From assembly GCF_009914755.1 (NCBI RefSeq), contig NC_060947.1: a stretch of DNA of 64,000 bases. The stretch is one strand, 5' to 3'. The first letter of the stretch is position 1. Every line of letters starts with the position of its first letter. The notes under the pieces are model-generated. The model saw only the letters and a list, made by a program, of their open reading frames with translations, searched no databases and was not told where the DNA came from. Made by a program: the position numbers and the translations under genes. The DNA comes from the human T2T-CHM13v2.0 reference genome, Homo sapiens. Of this stretch, positions 1-15,002 are shown piece by piece.

Positions 1-283
1 GAAGAAAAGAAGCCAACCACTAAGATATACAACATCATTCTTTTTGTGTATTTGGCAGCATTGAGGAGAATCTTATCTACATTTAGATGTCAGACCTGGG
101 ATGGTCAGTAGTTTTTCTAATAAGCCAGCAGTTTATAAATGTTAAATAAGGGAAACATCAGGGGATGACAATATTAGAGGGCTTATCAAAGTATGGTTTA
201 AGTTGCAGCATTATTTCAGTTATATGCTATGTGATAATTTCAGTGTACTCTTTTTCAATAGAAAATAGCTGCTGTTTTCTTGA

Positions 284-454
<171 letters not shown>

Positions 455-556
455 TAAGAAAACAACAGTTGTCTATTTCCCTAAACATGTTAGTAACCGT
501 CCTTAAATAGATGACATTAGTTTACTCAGTCTCTGTTCTTAAATGGTGTTTAGTTA

Positions 557-1030
<474 letters not shown>

Positions 1031-1990
1031 CTACATATACTCTCCTCATGAAGCTTACAGTCTATTGGGAGAGACCTATTATTTAAGTGGCCAAATATGC
1101 AATTACAACATAGCAGCGTAAGTGTTCTAAAGAAGTTACAAAGTGTTATGAGAGCGTATAAGAAGGAAGAGCTAACCTAGTCTGTAGTGGGGAGTATTTA
1201 AAATGTTCTGAAGGAAATAGTGCTCAGCTTTAAGCTGAGATATTAAGGACAAAGGTGAGCCTTGGTTGGGGGAGGTATTCTGGGCAGAGAGAAGAGCATA
1301 TGCAAGAGCCCCGGGTGAGACAGAAGCAGAGGTGGAAATGGGGAGATGTGTTAGGAGGCTAGTGCTGGTGGTCCAGGTGAGAATTATTGGTAGCTTAGAA
1401 TAGGATATGGTAGACAGAAGGCAAAAGATTCTCTTGAGAAGATGGTGAAAAAGTAAAGTATGAAGATTTGGGATTGGGGGTCACCCTCTTTTTTATGGGT
1501 CTTCCACTTACCTGTGCTGCCTTGTGCTAGGTGGTGTTAATGTATATCTGTAATGGTTCCATTTGTTTAATCGACTGGAGTATAAGTTGGTAGGGACTCT
1601 TGAAGTTTTGATTTGCCATCCGGAGTTGTAAAGCACTTCCTTACTCTCACATGCCTAGAATGCAATAAACCAATGACTTCCGGGTCTAGTATTCTGTGTA
1701 AAAGACAATGTACACAAGCAGTCACCAAGTCATTTGGGTGCCTACATAAGGCGCTATGCTGTATAATAAAATTTGCCAAATTCTGTTTAATAATAAAGGC
1801 ACAAATGTTTTCAAGTGAGTTCTATAAAGCCTTTAAGGAACAAATAATCCCAATGTTATTTAAGAGGTCCAGCACATAGCAAGAGATGGAAAACTTATTG
1901 ATTCATTCTGTAAAGCTTACATAACTGTGGTACCAAACCTAACAAAGATACGTTAAAAGAAAAACAAACAAACTGTAGACCAATCTCCCC

Positions 1991-2300
1991 TTTTTTTTTT
2001 TTTTTTTACTTTGAGACAGGATCTGACTCTGTTGTCCAGGCTGGAGTGCAGTAGTGTGATCATGACTCACTGCAGCCTTGACCTTCTGCCCTCACGTGAT
2101 CCTCCCAACTCAGCCTCCCGAGTAGCTGGGACTATAGGCGCATGCCATCATGCCCAGCTAATTTTTTTTGTTTTGTTTTTTGAGGAGGAGGAGGGGTTTT
2201 GTTTTGTTGCCCAGACTGGTCTCAAACTCCTGGGCTCAAGCGTTCTCCCTGCCTCAGTCTTCTAAAGTGCTAGGATTACAGGCATGAGCCATGCCCAGCC
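1991..2300 (-). mobile_element. AluJ
   Basis: Poly-T plus antisense dimer. Confidence 0.9.
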
Positions 2301-2391
2301 ACAATCTCACTTTTATAAATATACAAAAATTCTAAATAAAATATTAGTAAATCAAATCCAGCTCTGTATTCTAAGAATTGAAAGACTGTTC

Positions 2392-2537
2392 AGGCTGGGC
2401 ACAGTGGCTCACACTTATAATCTCAACACTTTGGGAGGCTTAGGTGGGAGGATTGCTTGAGGCCAGGAGTTCCAGATCAGTGTGGGCAACAAAGCGAGAC
2501 TCTCATCTCTATATAATTTTAAAAATAGAAAGAAAAA
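2392..2537 (+). mobile_element. Alu left monomer (FLAM-like)
   Basis: Single arm plus A-rich tail. Confidence 0.85.
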
Positions 2538-2756
2538 AGACTGTTCAAAATTAGGAAATATATTAATATAATTTATTAGAATTAGTAGAGTAAATAATCT
2601 TATCACCTTCCTTATAGATGGTGAAAAGACATTTGATAACATTCAACATCAATTTCTGAATTTTAAAGTAACGAGTGCTCTTGGTAAGCTAGGAATCTTA
2701 ATAGGTGTTTATGAGAAAAACAACAGCAAATAACTTATTTATTATTAAAGTGAAGG

Positions 2757-2945
2757 AGCAATGGTTCTTAACCAGGAGTGAGCCTCAGAATCACTGTGGG
2801 GTGGATAAGGCCCTCTTTTAAAATGTTCATGTCTAAGCCCTACCTGTAGAGATTTAAATTTAGTAGGTCTGGGTTGGTGCCCAAACCATGCACTTTTCTG
2901 ACTCCCCAGGTGATTCTTATGTTCCCCTCTAATTGAGAACCATTA
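2757..2945. mobile_element. MER5-type hAT MITE
   Basis: Inverted ends caatggttcttaac...ttgagaaccatt and internal ccccaggtgattct. Confidence 0.7.
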
Positions 2946-3050
2946 GACTATACTTTAATTCAGATTAGGAAGAAGACAAGGATGCCAACTACTAGCATGA
3001 CTTTTAACATTCTTCTAGAGGGTTAAGCTGATGCAAGACAAAAAGAAAGA

Positions 3051-3490
3051 GGCCCAGTGCATTGACTCACGTCTATAATCCCACACTTGGGAGGCCAAAG
3101 CGAGAGGATTGCTTGAGGCCAGGAATTCGAGACCAACCTGGGCAACATAGTGAGACCCCATCTCTACACAACATTTAAAAATTAGCCAGGCAAAGTGGCA
3201 CACGCCTGTAGCCCCAGCTATACAGGAGGCCCAGACTGGAGGATTGCCTGAGCCCTGGAGGTAGAGACCAGCCTGGGCAACATAGTGAGACCCTGTCTCA
3301 ATTTAAAAAATAAAAGAAGGCCGGGCGCAGTGGCTCACGCCTGTAATCTCAACACTTTGGGAGGCCGAGGCTGGCAGATCACGAGGTCAGGAGTTTGAGA
3401 CCAGCTTCGAGATCGCCCCACTGCACTCCAGCCTGGGCGACAGAGCGAAACTCTGTCTCAAAAAAAAAAAAAAAGAAAGAAAGAAATAAA
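3051..3490 (+). mobile_element. Tandem AluJ plus internally deleted AluS/Y
   Basis: Second copy (from 3319) jumps from gagaccagc to gagatcgccccactgcac. Confidence 0.88.
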
Positions 3491-3657
3491 GGTGTATAAT
3501 AAAATGATCAATATTTGTTATTCATATCATTGTCTACCAAGAAAATTCAAAGGAATCAACTTTGAATTTATTAAAATTAGTAAGAGCTCAGTAAGATTGC
3601 TGAATATGAGATGACTTTTAAAAAACAATTCCAGTAATAACTAGTTAGAAAATGTAA

Positions 3658-4044
<387 letters not shown>

Positions 4045-4916
4045 AAAAATTACATTTTACAAAGGACTGAAATGAGTGGTGAAATATATTATGTTCCTTG
4101 ATAGAAAACTCAGCATCAAAAGGCACCTATTCTCACCAAATGTATAAATTTAGTACAATTTTGATCAAATCCAAATTTTTTGGCAGTTTTATTTAGAAGG
4201 CTAAATGTGATATAATTTTCACTTTTAATGGTTGTGTTTACCTTATATAACAGAAAAAAAAAATAGCAGCTTAACAGGATAGAGGGTTGCTTTCTCACCT
4301 AAAAGACATGCAGAGGAAAGCAATACAGATGTGGTAGGCAATTTTTCAGTGTCATCAAAGACCCACATCACCATCCTTCTGCTCACCCCTCCTTAAGGTC
4401 TCCTTCCACATATGTGTGTGTAGGTCTCCTTCCACATATGTGTGTGTATGTTTTTGTGTATGCAGAAAAATCTCTAGAAACATATTCAACAAGCTTAATG
4501 GTTATATTACTTCTCATTAGTTGCATAAGGATGGAGGAGAAGAGGCAAGTTTATATTCTCCATGATAGGATTCTGTGGTGTTTGAATATCTTCATGAGAA
4601 GTATATTATTATTAAAGTAGCCCTTAACATTTTAAAATAACAGGCTGATTTTAAATATCCAAAATCAGATTGTATGGAGAATTATTGTATTTAAAAGTGT
4701 AACTTTTAGATGATTTTATTATAATAGTTTTAAATGGAAAATATTTAAATATTTCCATTTTCATTTTGGAAGAAAAATGGAAATATAGATGAGAAAAAAT
4801 ACTTAATGTCAACTTTAACTCTGCCATGCAGAGGTAATAATTTTAAATCTTTTGGAATGTTTTCTCTTAGACGTTTATGTGATTATGTGTGTGTATTTAT
4901 AAAAACAAGATTTTCT

Positions 4917-4980
4917 GCTGCTCTGCCTATGGGGTAGCCATTCTTTTATTCGTTTGCTTTCTTTAAAAAAAAAAAAAAAA
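4917..4980 (+). mobile_element. 48-nt LTR-like (MER41-type) fragment with A16 tail and TSD
   Basis: gctgctctgcctatggggtagccattcttttattcgtttgctttcttt + A16, flanked by aagattttct on both sides. Confidence 0.6.
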
Positions 4981-5067
4981 GATTTTCTTATCTATGCTGT
5001 TTTATAATCTCTTTTCCACTTACTAGATCAGAGACATTTTTGTGTGACATTAAACAATTTTACATCT

Positions 5068-5370
<303 letters not shown>

Positions 5371-6944
5371 TACATCCATTTTAATGATTGCATAATATTC
5401 CATCATATAGGTATATCAGTTTATTCTATTGGTTCCTTTTTCAGACATCTAGGTTGTTTTTGCTTTTTAGCTATTAGACAACCATATTTCAGTGACAAAA
5501 CAAAAATATATGTACTTGGATCCATAATGATTTGAATTGCTCTTTTTCTTTTCTCCCATTGAGATGTGTTTCTGCAATCCATTTGTAATGTGGATTCCAG
5601 ATAGACACAACTGAGTTCAAATGAGAGCCCATAGGTGGGTAGTTTGGGGAGAGAAGAAGGGACAAATAAGAGGAAATGCAGGGAGGAATATTTCTGAATG
5701 AAGTGGCTTCCCTGTCTCCTAACTATGGCTTTTCTTCCTTACCAGCCCTTTCTGGGTCCTGACTGTATTCCTATTCGAAAGACTAGGGAGGGATAGATAA
5801 TAATTTTTATTTATATTTATCCTGTTTTATTGTCTTTATTGTATTTTTAACTATTTCAATATGGATTTTTTTAAAATGTCAGCCTCCCACCATAAAAAAT
5901 GGAGTTCTGTGACAGCAGGGACCTTGTTTGACCAGTTGACACCTGTAACCTTAGCACCTAGACTAGTGAAGGCCATATAAGGGCCTATGGGAAATATTCT
6001 GCAAGTAAAAAATAATCCCATAAAATAATTAAAAGTTGCTCCAACAACAAAGCACTTGTCCTGTTAGAGGGAACTTCCTATTAAAAAGACGATTTTCAAA
6101 TGTAAGCAAAAACAGAATAGTATAACAAGTCCTCATATCAGCAGTTAGCAAGTTATTGCCACACTTGCTTTATCTATTGTTTATTTTCCTGAAGTATATT
6201 GTTTATTTTCCTGAAGTATATATATTAAAGCAAAATCCCAGATGTCTTGTCATTATATAATTATTATTCCATTATCACACTTTGTAAAATTAACAATTAT
6301 TTCTTAGCATCATCTTATACCCAATCCATTTTCACATTTGCCCAGTTGTATAAAAAAAATCTCATTTTAGACTTAATTTGTTGAAATCTGGATACATGCA
6401 AGGTCCATCCATTGCATTTGATATGTCTCTTAAGTCTAAATACGGACATACTTGTCCCCTTACTTATTGAAGAGCCTCGATAAATTGTCCTAAGTCCCAC
6501 ATTCTAGATTTGTCTCTTTGCCATTTCATGATGCCATTTAACTTGTGTCTCTATCCCTCTCTCCCATTTCTTGTAAACTAGAGGTTGGTTCAGAAGTTTA
6601 ATTAGATTCAGGTTATATTTTATGGGAAGATTCTTCGTAGGTGCCATTGTGTAGGAATCTCACTCTTGATATTTAAACTCATGATTTAAAAATTTAAAAA
6701 GAGGTAGTTCCCAATGTGTAGTATTTGAAGTGTACAGATTCTCCCTAGCTTTTTGAAAGTTATTGAAAATGTTTTAAGACTAAAAAGAGAAATAATGAAC
6801 AAAACTAGATTAAAGTCAGTTGTTATTGTTGTCCACTGTGTCCTGAACCCCACCCCTGCCTTTTATTCTACTCAAATATTAGACCTAGTTTAGATAATCT
6901 ATTTGTAACATGTGAATTCCTAGATGATTTTTTTCATCTATTGC

Positions 6945-6963
6945 TGACCACAAGAGGGCATCC
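6945..6963 (+). promoter_or_regulatory. Candidate CTCF site in PHF6 intron
   Basis: TGACCACAAGAGGGCATCC fits the CTCF core CCACNAGRGGGCR; motif match only. Confidence 0.5.
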
Positions 6964-7024
6964 AGTGAACATGTTCTAAGCATTCTTCCATTGTCGTCTT
7001 ATGTATAATAGACATAAAACTGAG

Positions 7025-7281
7025 GAATCGCCTTACACTCATAGGTGGGAATTGAACAATGAGAACACTTGGACACAGGGTGGGGAACATCACATACCAG
7101 GGCCGGTCGTGGGATGGGGGGACGGGGGAGGGATAGCATTAGGAGATATACCTGATATAAATGATGAGTTAACGGGTGCAGCACACCAACATGGCACATG
7201 TATACATATGTAACAAACCTGCACGTTGTGCACATGTACCCTAGAACTTAAAAGTATAATAAAAAAAAAAGAAAAAAAAAA
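7025..7281 (+). mobile_element. L1PA 3' end, 5'-truncated
   Basis: Primate L1 3' UTR (cactcataggtgggaattgaacaatgag...gtaccctagaacttaaaagtataat), poly(A) tail, TSD aaaactgag at 7016-7024 and 7278-7286. Confidence 0.92.
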
Positions 7282-7439
7282 CTGAGCTCAAATCAGCCTG
7301 CCCTTGTTTGATTGTCCAAATCACCTATATTACGATTTTTATTTAAAACCTAATGAATTTTAAATATACAATCTGTATACCCAAATAAAAGGTTAGAACC
7401 AAGCATGATATCAAATTAGCACTCCAGAGATAACTTTCC

Positions 7440-7850
7440 AGATTTAAAGGGGAAAACCTACCTTTACAATGGAGATAGCTGGTCATCACCACTACTTTAA
7501 CCAAATGATCAAACATAGTGTCACCCAGTAGCAGGACATTTTGAAATTAGATGCCTCCTGAAATATGCAGGATTACCTACAGAGTGTCTTGACTGAAAAA
7601 GAAAAGCTGAACCTGAAGCTAACCAAGCCTTTAGACCTTATTCCCAGTGTATAGGAAATACAGGGCGAGAGAGAACCAAATAAAACAGTACCACAATTAG
7701 ACAAGTCCAGAATTTGCTACAGTTGACAGACTGTCTGGTCTAATCTCATCCTAAAAAGTCAGTGTTGTGTAAAAACAAGAAGTTGGAAGGACCAGTCTAG
7801 ATTAAAAGAGACATAGCCAAATGCAGTGCCGGAAAACTGTTGGATGGCTC
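7440..7850 (+). mobile_element. Old L1M (MC/ME-type) 3' UTR fragment
   Basis: Similar to the other L1M 3' UTR pieces in the window (tttacaatggaga...ccaaatgatcaaa...tctagattaaaagagac). Confidence 0.55.
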
Positions 7851-8284
7851 ATGTAGGTATTCCAGTGAAGGCTAGGATGCTAATAATGAAAAACCATTTG
7901 AAGAGTTTGAGTAAAATTGTTTCATCAAATGTGAGCAGAAGGCAGCAGTATAGATAGAATATATATTTCCTGAAATGTGATTTTAAATTAAATATATGAA
8001 ACAAATTTATAGAATTTGATTATTTCATCAATATACCTGAAGGTTGGTATTTTTAAGTTGGCCAAAACTTTGCTTTTAATCTCATTGGGCAAAATGAGGA
8101 ATTGCCTTATGATAACTGTCATCCTAAACCAGAGATTTTGTTTCAGATGAACTTTTATTATCTCAATAATAGTGTGTTTTCCTATCTGTTAGATAAAAAT
8201 GGGTCTGTAACTAATTGGGGAGTATTTTTTAAAGTGTGGATGAGGAAACCCATGTTTTAAATGGGCACTAGCCTCATCCACTAA

Positions 8285-8479
<195 letters not shown>

Positions 8480-8809
8480 GTATGAAAGTTAATTATATGG
8501 GATCTGTTGTCAGGATACAATACACACTGATATATACATGTTGAAGTAATGGTATGCAGTAAGATTTTTTTTAATCCTATTATGTTTAGTTAAGAGCATG
8601 TTACTAAAATGCTGAGGATTTTGTAGGCTTGCATAGTAGTTGTTTTTTAACTAGCTGATTTTGTAACCATAAAAACAAGCTATCTGCTTTATCAATAAGT
8701 GTAGTTGTAATGTCAAATCAATAAGATATTCACACTCCTCAATAACATTATATTGATTGTGTTCCCCTCAAGCATCATATTTTACATTTTTTTATCATCT
8801 TTTAAACAG
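8480..8809 (+). other. PHF6: PHF6 330-nt 3' UTR intron (alternatively retained)
   Basis: GT at 8480 directly after the stop codon; pyrimidine tract and aaacag acceptor at 8809. Length matches the known alternatively spliced PHF6 UTR intron. Confidence 0.85.
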
Positions 8810-11800
8810 GTTCATGGGACAGAGTTAGAAAACTGGGAATGAATAAGACATCCATAACTACTATTCTTTTTTCACTGTTTTCTAAAATCAAAAAGGGTTT
8901 GTAACTTTTTACTGCCCAACTCTTAGATCCTTCATTGAACTGCCTAAAAATGTCTTGTTTGTTTTATGAGCCCTCACTAGAAGGCTGAGTTTGACATGTT
9001 GATATTACGTAGCTATAGTTTGCAGTTTCTGGGAAGCAATTGAAACACTATTAACCCTGTGTATAGTGTCAACAGTTAAAGCAGACGAAACGAAGTAAGC
9101 TATATTTCTGGACTGAACAAAGCTCTGCTGTTTAGAGCATTTAAGTTTGTTTAGTGGATCCATACTCAAAGGAAAGCATAAGCAAATTTTCCTTTACAAT
9201 GCAAACATGCCACTGGTGGCAGCACATGGTAATTTGTGGATTTTTTTTTCATACTCAAGTAATGGAGGCTAGAAATGAAGAGAACCTTCTTTTTCTCTTG
9301 ACTTTGACAGCACATGCTAAAAATCTCTTCCAAGAAGTATGCTAAAGCTTTTCATTTGGTTCCTGTTAAAGTTGTTCTCACTGACCAGCATGGACTCAGG
9401 CAACTGGTAATGATAAGCTATGAGCTCCAGTGCTTTTGCCAAAATTCTCTTGACAGCACACCTCCTCTCTTTCCATGTTATACAAAGGACTTCTGGCAAA
9501 ATGATTGAGTCCTTCAAGTTTAAACTAACATTTGGCAACAGCAAATTAAACGTTTTTAAGATGTAAAGAAAGGGTTACCGCTTGCTAAGGACTTCAGACA
9601 CCATGTCCGAAACCTGTTCCTCTCAAGTGCCCTGTTGTGTGGAACACTTCACATATTGGCGCACAGTACGTAAGGAGGTCTCATGTGCTGTAGGAGTAAA
9701 AAAGTCTTTGCATAAAACAGTATTTATTTTTACTTTTGTGACCACTATTTTAGAAACTTTATTTAATATTTTAATGTTTTCAGTCATTGCTTTGGTTATC
9801 TATAAAATAGGCTTTTGTGCCCTACTTTTCTTCTTGTAGGGCTTGGTGGTGTTTTATCGATTGTCAGAATTGTTTTTGAAAGCCTAAGAACCCAGCTTTT
9901 TAGAAAGGATTTTCACACTGGCATTTCTAGGTAGTGATATTTTCTTCCACTTACCTGCTGAAGCACATTTATGCATTTCTTTATGGCAAAACCAAATAAC
10001 TTTAGTTGTGGTCTGCCTGATACTACCATAGCACCTCAGTACCAAGGGGAGGGATTTTGACTAGTTGAATTATTAAGCCACCACAATAAAGCAGATTTTT
10101 AAATAAGAAATAATAATGTTAACTTGACTGTACATTGAGATATTCTGCAGCTGATAGAGCAGCATTTTAAAAATGTAACAGGTGGAAAATTACACTGTGC
10201 TTAATGACTGATTTTTTTTTTAAACTGCGAGTCCCTTAAGATCACGTTTGTCAAGTGTGTATTCACACATTTACTTAAATCAAGGGACTCAATGCTTGCT
10301 TTTATTTTAACCATCTTTTACTATTTTTAGAAGGAAACTAGCTTTAGTAGTGGGTTGCCCTATATGTTTTCTCTTTTTGCTCTTAATATGCCATTGGGTT
10401 TTTGTGTGTATGTGATTTTCAAAATTCATGACTTGAAGTGCAAGGACAGATCTAGATGTTTGTTTACCAAGCTATGTGACTTCTCCCAAAGGATCTGTAC
10501 TTTCTTTCCTTACAACAGCTTGAAAATCATTATTTTAAAATCCTTAAATCACTGTGTCTAGATCATTTTTTACATTGTGTGCCATAGACTTACCCATGGG
10601 ACAACAGAGCTCCTTCATTTTTGGACAACTACTGTAATCATTTTTTTTTTAGGAAAAATGGAAGGTGCCGGGGGTAATCATGGCCAGTCAATAATTATAT
10701 AAAGGAGTTCAAATACTATAGCTGTCAGTTGATGAATTTGTTATGTAGTAAAATGTATGACTTTGTATGGGTTTCTTCAGCCCTTTTTCTGCCACTAGCA
10801 ACCAGAATAGCACTTTACCTTTTGGTTGGCTAGATAAGTGGCTGACTACCTGTTTTTCTCACTGTGGTGTGATTGGCTAAACAATCTCGCATTAAAAATT
10901 CAAATGTAAATTGAATTCACATGAAAAATCATGTTTGGTTGTAAACCTCCAATGTTTTGATTCTCTAATCATGTTTTCGTCACATGCTGAGTAAAAGTGC
11001 CTTACAATGTAAAAATTGTACAGTACTTATGTTCCCAAGTAGCATCATCATCTTCTGGGTAGTAATTACATTGTGGTATTAATATTTAGAAAAATGGACC
11101 TCAGCAGTGTATTTACTGTACATCTCTTAAGTCCTTAACTGTAGTTTTAATAAGCATGACATTATTTGATAAGTATATAACATTTACATCATTTCAAAAA
11201 ATACTGCCGTTACTGTCTTTTATGCATATTTTAGCCTGAAATTTTGAAGCGTCTTTTTTCTTTCTTTTTTCTTTTTTTGTTTTGTTTTTTGTTATTGATA
11301 TTAAACAGTGTAATCTTTGCAAGCGTATATTGAAGATTATTCTGGAGCATTTATTGCCTTACCAGAAATGTTAGTAGGAAATGTTCTTTAGAGTAGAAAG
11401 ATAGACTTGAGTTTCTATACTTTTAAGAAGAGCTCTTTGTTCCTGGGGGAGGGGGGCAGGGGGTGAATTTTACTTTCATCTCAAGTTATTAAAAACCCAC
11501 AACTGAAGTAAATTTTATTTCAAGAATCAGCAGTTTTAGAATTTCAGATAGTACTTGCTCAGAAGTACATGCTACTCAAGATATTAAGAGATAACAAGAT
11601 CTGTAGATCTGCTATTGAATCAGAATCTGTGTACTTGAACAAATGTGTGAATCTCAAATATCTCAAAGCAAAAGAAAAAGTGTTCTAGAGTGTTGTTGCT
11701 TTTTTAAAAAAAGCGCTGAAGTTAGACCAAGGTATACAGTTTTGTTCTAACAGACATTTAGGTTAATTGTAAAGATAAGGAATGCATTATGGGTCAAAAA

Positions 11801-11940
11801 TCAAACATTCCTCTCATGTTATGTATATTTTGTTCCTGTTATATTGGCTTTATTTTCAAAATTGTAGTTTGTAGTATTAGTTTCCTTTTATTGGTATTCT
11901 TGCATATACTATTCATTCAATAAATGACTTATGACTTTCA
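8810..11940 (+). other. PHF6: PHF6 terminal non-coding exon / 3' UTR
   Basis: About 3.1 kb of repeat-free AT-rich sequence ending at a canonical poly(A) signal. Confidence 0.85.
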
Positions 11941-11960
11941 TATTTGTTTGTCTTTTTTGT
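11919..11960 (+). terminator. PHF6: PHF6 distal polyadenylation signal
   Basis: AATAAA at 11919-11924, CA at about 11939-11940, then a GU/U-rich downstream element (tatttgtttgtcttttttgt). Confidence 0.8.
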
Positions 11961-13539
11961 GAAAGTGTATACTGAAGCTTATTTGATAACAGCAATAGTA
12001 TTGTGTTCCTTTTAGTCTTGCTTTATTTCAGAGTAAAATGCCTTAATAACTTTTCATTAAACAAGTATGGGAGGAAAAAAAGTGTGAATTTGAATTCAGT
12101 TCAAAGTTTCACAATATAAAAGTTTTATCATGGAGAGAAACTGCAATCTTGTAAGTACAATCGAACTGCATTACATCTTGGTTTTTTTATTACATGGTTC
12201 AGATGCCCATCGTTTAAATCAGATCCTCTGAAACCTAGTTAGAAGGTTATTTTGAAAATAAACCAAAACTCCTAGTACTATTTATCAGATTGGCAATATG
12301 GGTGCAGGATTAATATCCTTGTCATAAAGGGATTTTACCTTATATCTTTAAATGTACTCCCATTACCATGGACAGTGTGCTTCTAGTACAGTGCTCATAT
12401 ATTGAGGTTTGTCACATCCAGGGCAGAAATCAAGTTGTAATTAGTAGGATATGCTCATTCCATACACACAATTCCTAACCTGCAGAGTGGGGTAAAAAAT
12501 CAAGTAACATGTTCTAATTAACTCCGGAACATAGGATAGTGTACTTCACTGCAAATGTTACCTAGTAGTGCCTGGCACATATGTGCCTGTGTGTGTTTAA
12601 AATCCATTATTAAGTCTCATTTTAATTGCCACCAATTTTTAAAGTCTCATTTTAATTGCCATAAAAATATGGAGATGGGGAGTTATGTGCTATTCTTTAG
12701 CTAATTGAAACTATTTAAGCTGGTTTTTGTTTTTGTTTTTTTTTCCAGCTGCAGTCACCAGCAATTGCTAAGGTTACTCCAAAGGATGGACCTGGTAGAA
12801 TTTCTTAGGAAAATTCTATGGCCAGCAGATGGCTAGTTTATCTTTTTAAGAGAAAAACCCAATCCCTTTTACATTTACATATTAGACTAAGTCCTCAGTT
12901 GTGTAGGCAAAATGGTACTTTATACATCAACCAATGTTACATAATACTGCCTTGTTCAGATAGTGAGGTAACTGAATATTAATGATGTAAAGCAAAAATG
13001 TATTTGTGATTTTTATTCAGAAGATGAAAACTATAAAATAACCAATTACTGTACAAGTTAATGGTGGCATTTGGAAAGTGTTACACGATAGCAGACATGC
13101 TCTACATACGGTCAGTGTACTGAAGTCAGTCAACCAGACCTGCATCCTCGTCAAAAGACAGCAGATCCGTAAACATCCAAATTATACCTTTGCCTATACC
13201 TCTCAGTGGCTGTAAGTGGGTTTTTATGCTGGTTGTGGGGCAGTGGTGAGGAGATAGGGAAAATAAAATGTAGCTGGGCAAAGAGCTAGCTAGCTCTACT
13301 GTGTGAACGATAATATTCCAATGAAAACAAGAGTACTGTTTGAGAGGGTAGCCTTTTAAATGGAACCTGAGAAACTAGATATTGAAGACAGTATTAGGAA
13401 TTGGGAGACAGAAACTATGCTTTTATATGAGACTGGATTTAGAGTTGTTGTTGAGTTTCTATAAAGTAATTGGTACAGAAGGGTAAGTTGTTTCTGAGTG
13501 TTTTAAAAATCAGACCTGTTTACAGATTTTGTATTAAAG

Positions 13540-13865
13540 TAATATATGGTCATAAAAAGGAATGAATTACTGATACATATGCCAGTGTGTATGAGCCTTG
13601 AAAACATTATGCTAAGAAGCCAGGCACAGAGGTCACATATTGTATGATTCCATTTATACGAATTGTTCAGAGAGGCAAATCCATAGAGATGGAATACAGA
13701 TTAATGGCTCCCAGGGACTGCAAACATGGGGGAATGAGAAATGACTTTTATTGGTTATACTGTTTCTTTTTGGGGGTGGTGAAATGTCTGGAATTAGGTA
13801 CTGGTTGATGGTTGCACGACTTTGTGAATATACTAAAAATCATAAATTATACCCTTTAAAAGAGT
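13540..13865 (+). mobile_element. L1MB/ME 3' end
   Basis: aaaaggaatgaattactgatacat...ccttgaaaacattatgctaag...gtgaatatactaaaaatc. Confidence 0.7.
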
Positions 13866-13866
13866 G

Positions 13867-13867
<1 letters not shown>

Positions 13868-13897
<30 letters not shown>

Positions 13898-14186
13898 GAG
13901 ATGGAGTTTCACTCTTGTTGCCCAGGCTGGAGTGCAATGGCCCGATCTCTCCGCTCACCACAACCTCTGCCTCCCGGGTTCAAGCGATTCTCCTACCTCA
14001 GCCTCCCAGGTAGCTGGGATTACAGGCAGCTGGGATTACGTGCCCGGCGAATTTTCTATTTTTTTTAGTAGAGACGGGGGTTTCTCCATGTTGGTCAGGC
14101 TGGTCTCGAACTCCCGACCTCAGGTGATCCACCTGCCTCGGCCTCCCAAAGTGCTGGGATTACAGTCGTGAGCCACCACATCCGGC
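13868..14186 (-). mobile_element. AluSp-like
   Basis: Antisense dimer; TSD aagagtggattt. Confidence 0.9.
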
Positions 14187-14691
14187 AAGAGTGGATTTTA
14201 TATTAATTTTATCTCAATTTTTAAAGTGCTATGTAGCCATTTTACAAAATTAAAATACAAAGGTATATAAAGCAAAATGTGAAAACCCCCCCTTCTGTAC
14301 AAGTCTACTCCCTAGAAGTATTTGATACATATTCTTCTAAATGCTTCTGTACATATATAACATAAACACTTTTTTTACATAAACAGAATCATGCATAACA
14401 TAAATAGAATCATGCATAAAAAATAGAATATTTTTACCATAAATAGAATCATACATACAGTTCTGCACCTCGTCTTTTTTACTTGAACAACATTACAAGG
14501 TGTCAGTACCTCTAGATTTCTCAATTTTTTTTTTTAAATACCTCCATGGTATTTCAGTATATGGATGAACTGAAATTGTTCTCTCCAGCCTTACATATAT
14601 CCTTTATGCAAGTAATTTCTTAGGATAAACTTCCAGAAGTAGAACTGCTAAGTCAAGGGTATGTACATTTAAAGTTTTGATAAAAATTGCC

Positions 14692-15002
14692 AGCCGTCCA
14701 TTTTTGGCTCACATCTGTAATCCCAGCACTTTGGGAGGCTGAGGCAGGAGGATTGCCCAGGAGTTCAAGACCAGCCTGGGCAACATAGTGAGAACCCCAT
14801 CTCTACAAAAAAAAAAAAAAAAAAAAACCAGAAAAAATAGCCACACGTGGTGGCATGCGCTTGTAGTCCCAGCTGTTCAGGAGGCTGAGGTGGGAGGATC
14901 GCTTAAGCCTGGGAAGTCACAGTTGCAGTGAGCCGTGTTGGCTCCACGGCATTCCAGCCTGGGCAACAGAGCAAGACTCTACCTCAAAAAAAAAAAAAAA
15001 AA
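14692..15002 (+). mobile_element. AluJ
   Basis: Sense dimer. Confidence 0.9.

Noticed and set aside
1500-1790. Unique-looking stretch with short ORFs on both strands and several AATAAA
   Set aside because: No recognisable protein similarity or convincing splice sites; an alternative exon cannot be supported.
9154-10561. ORFs in the PHF6 3' UTR
   Set aside because: Short, mostly non-ATG starts, no recognisable homology.
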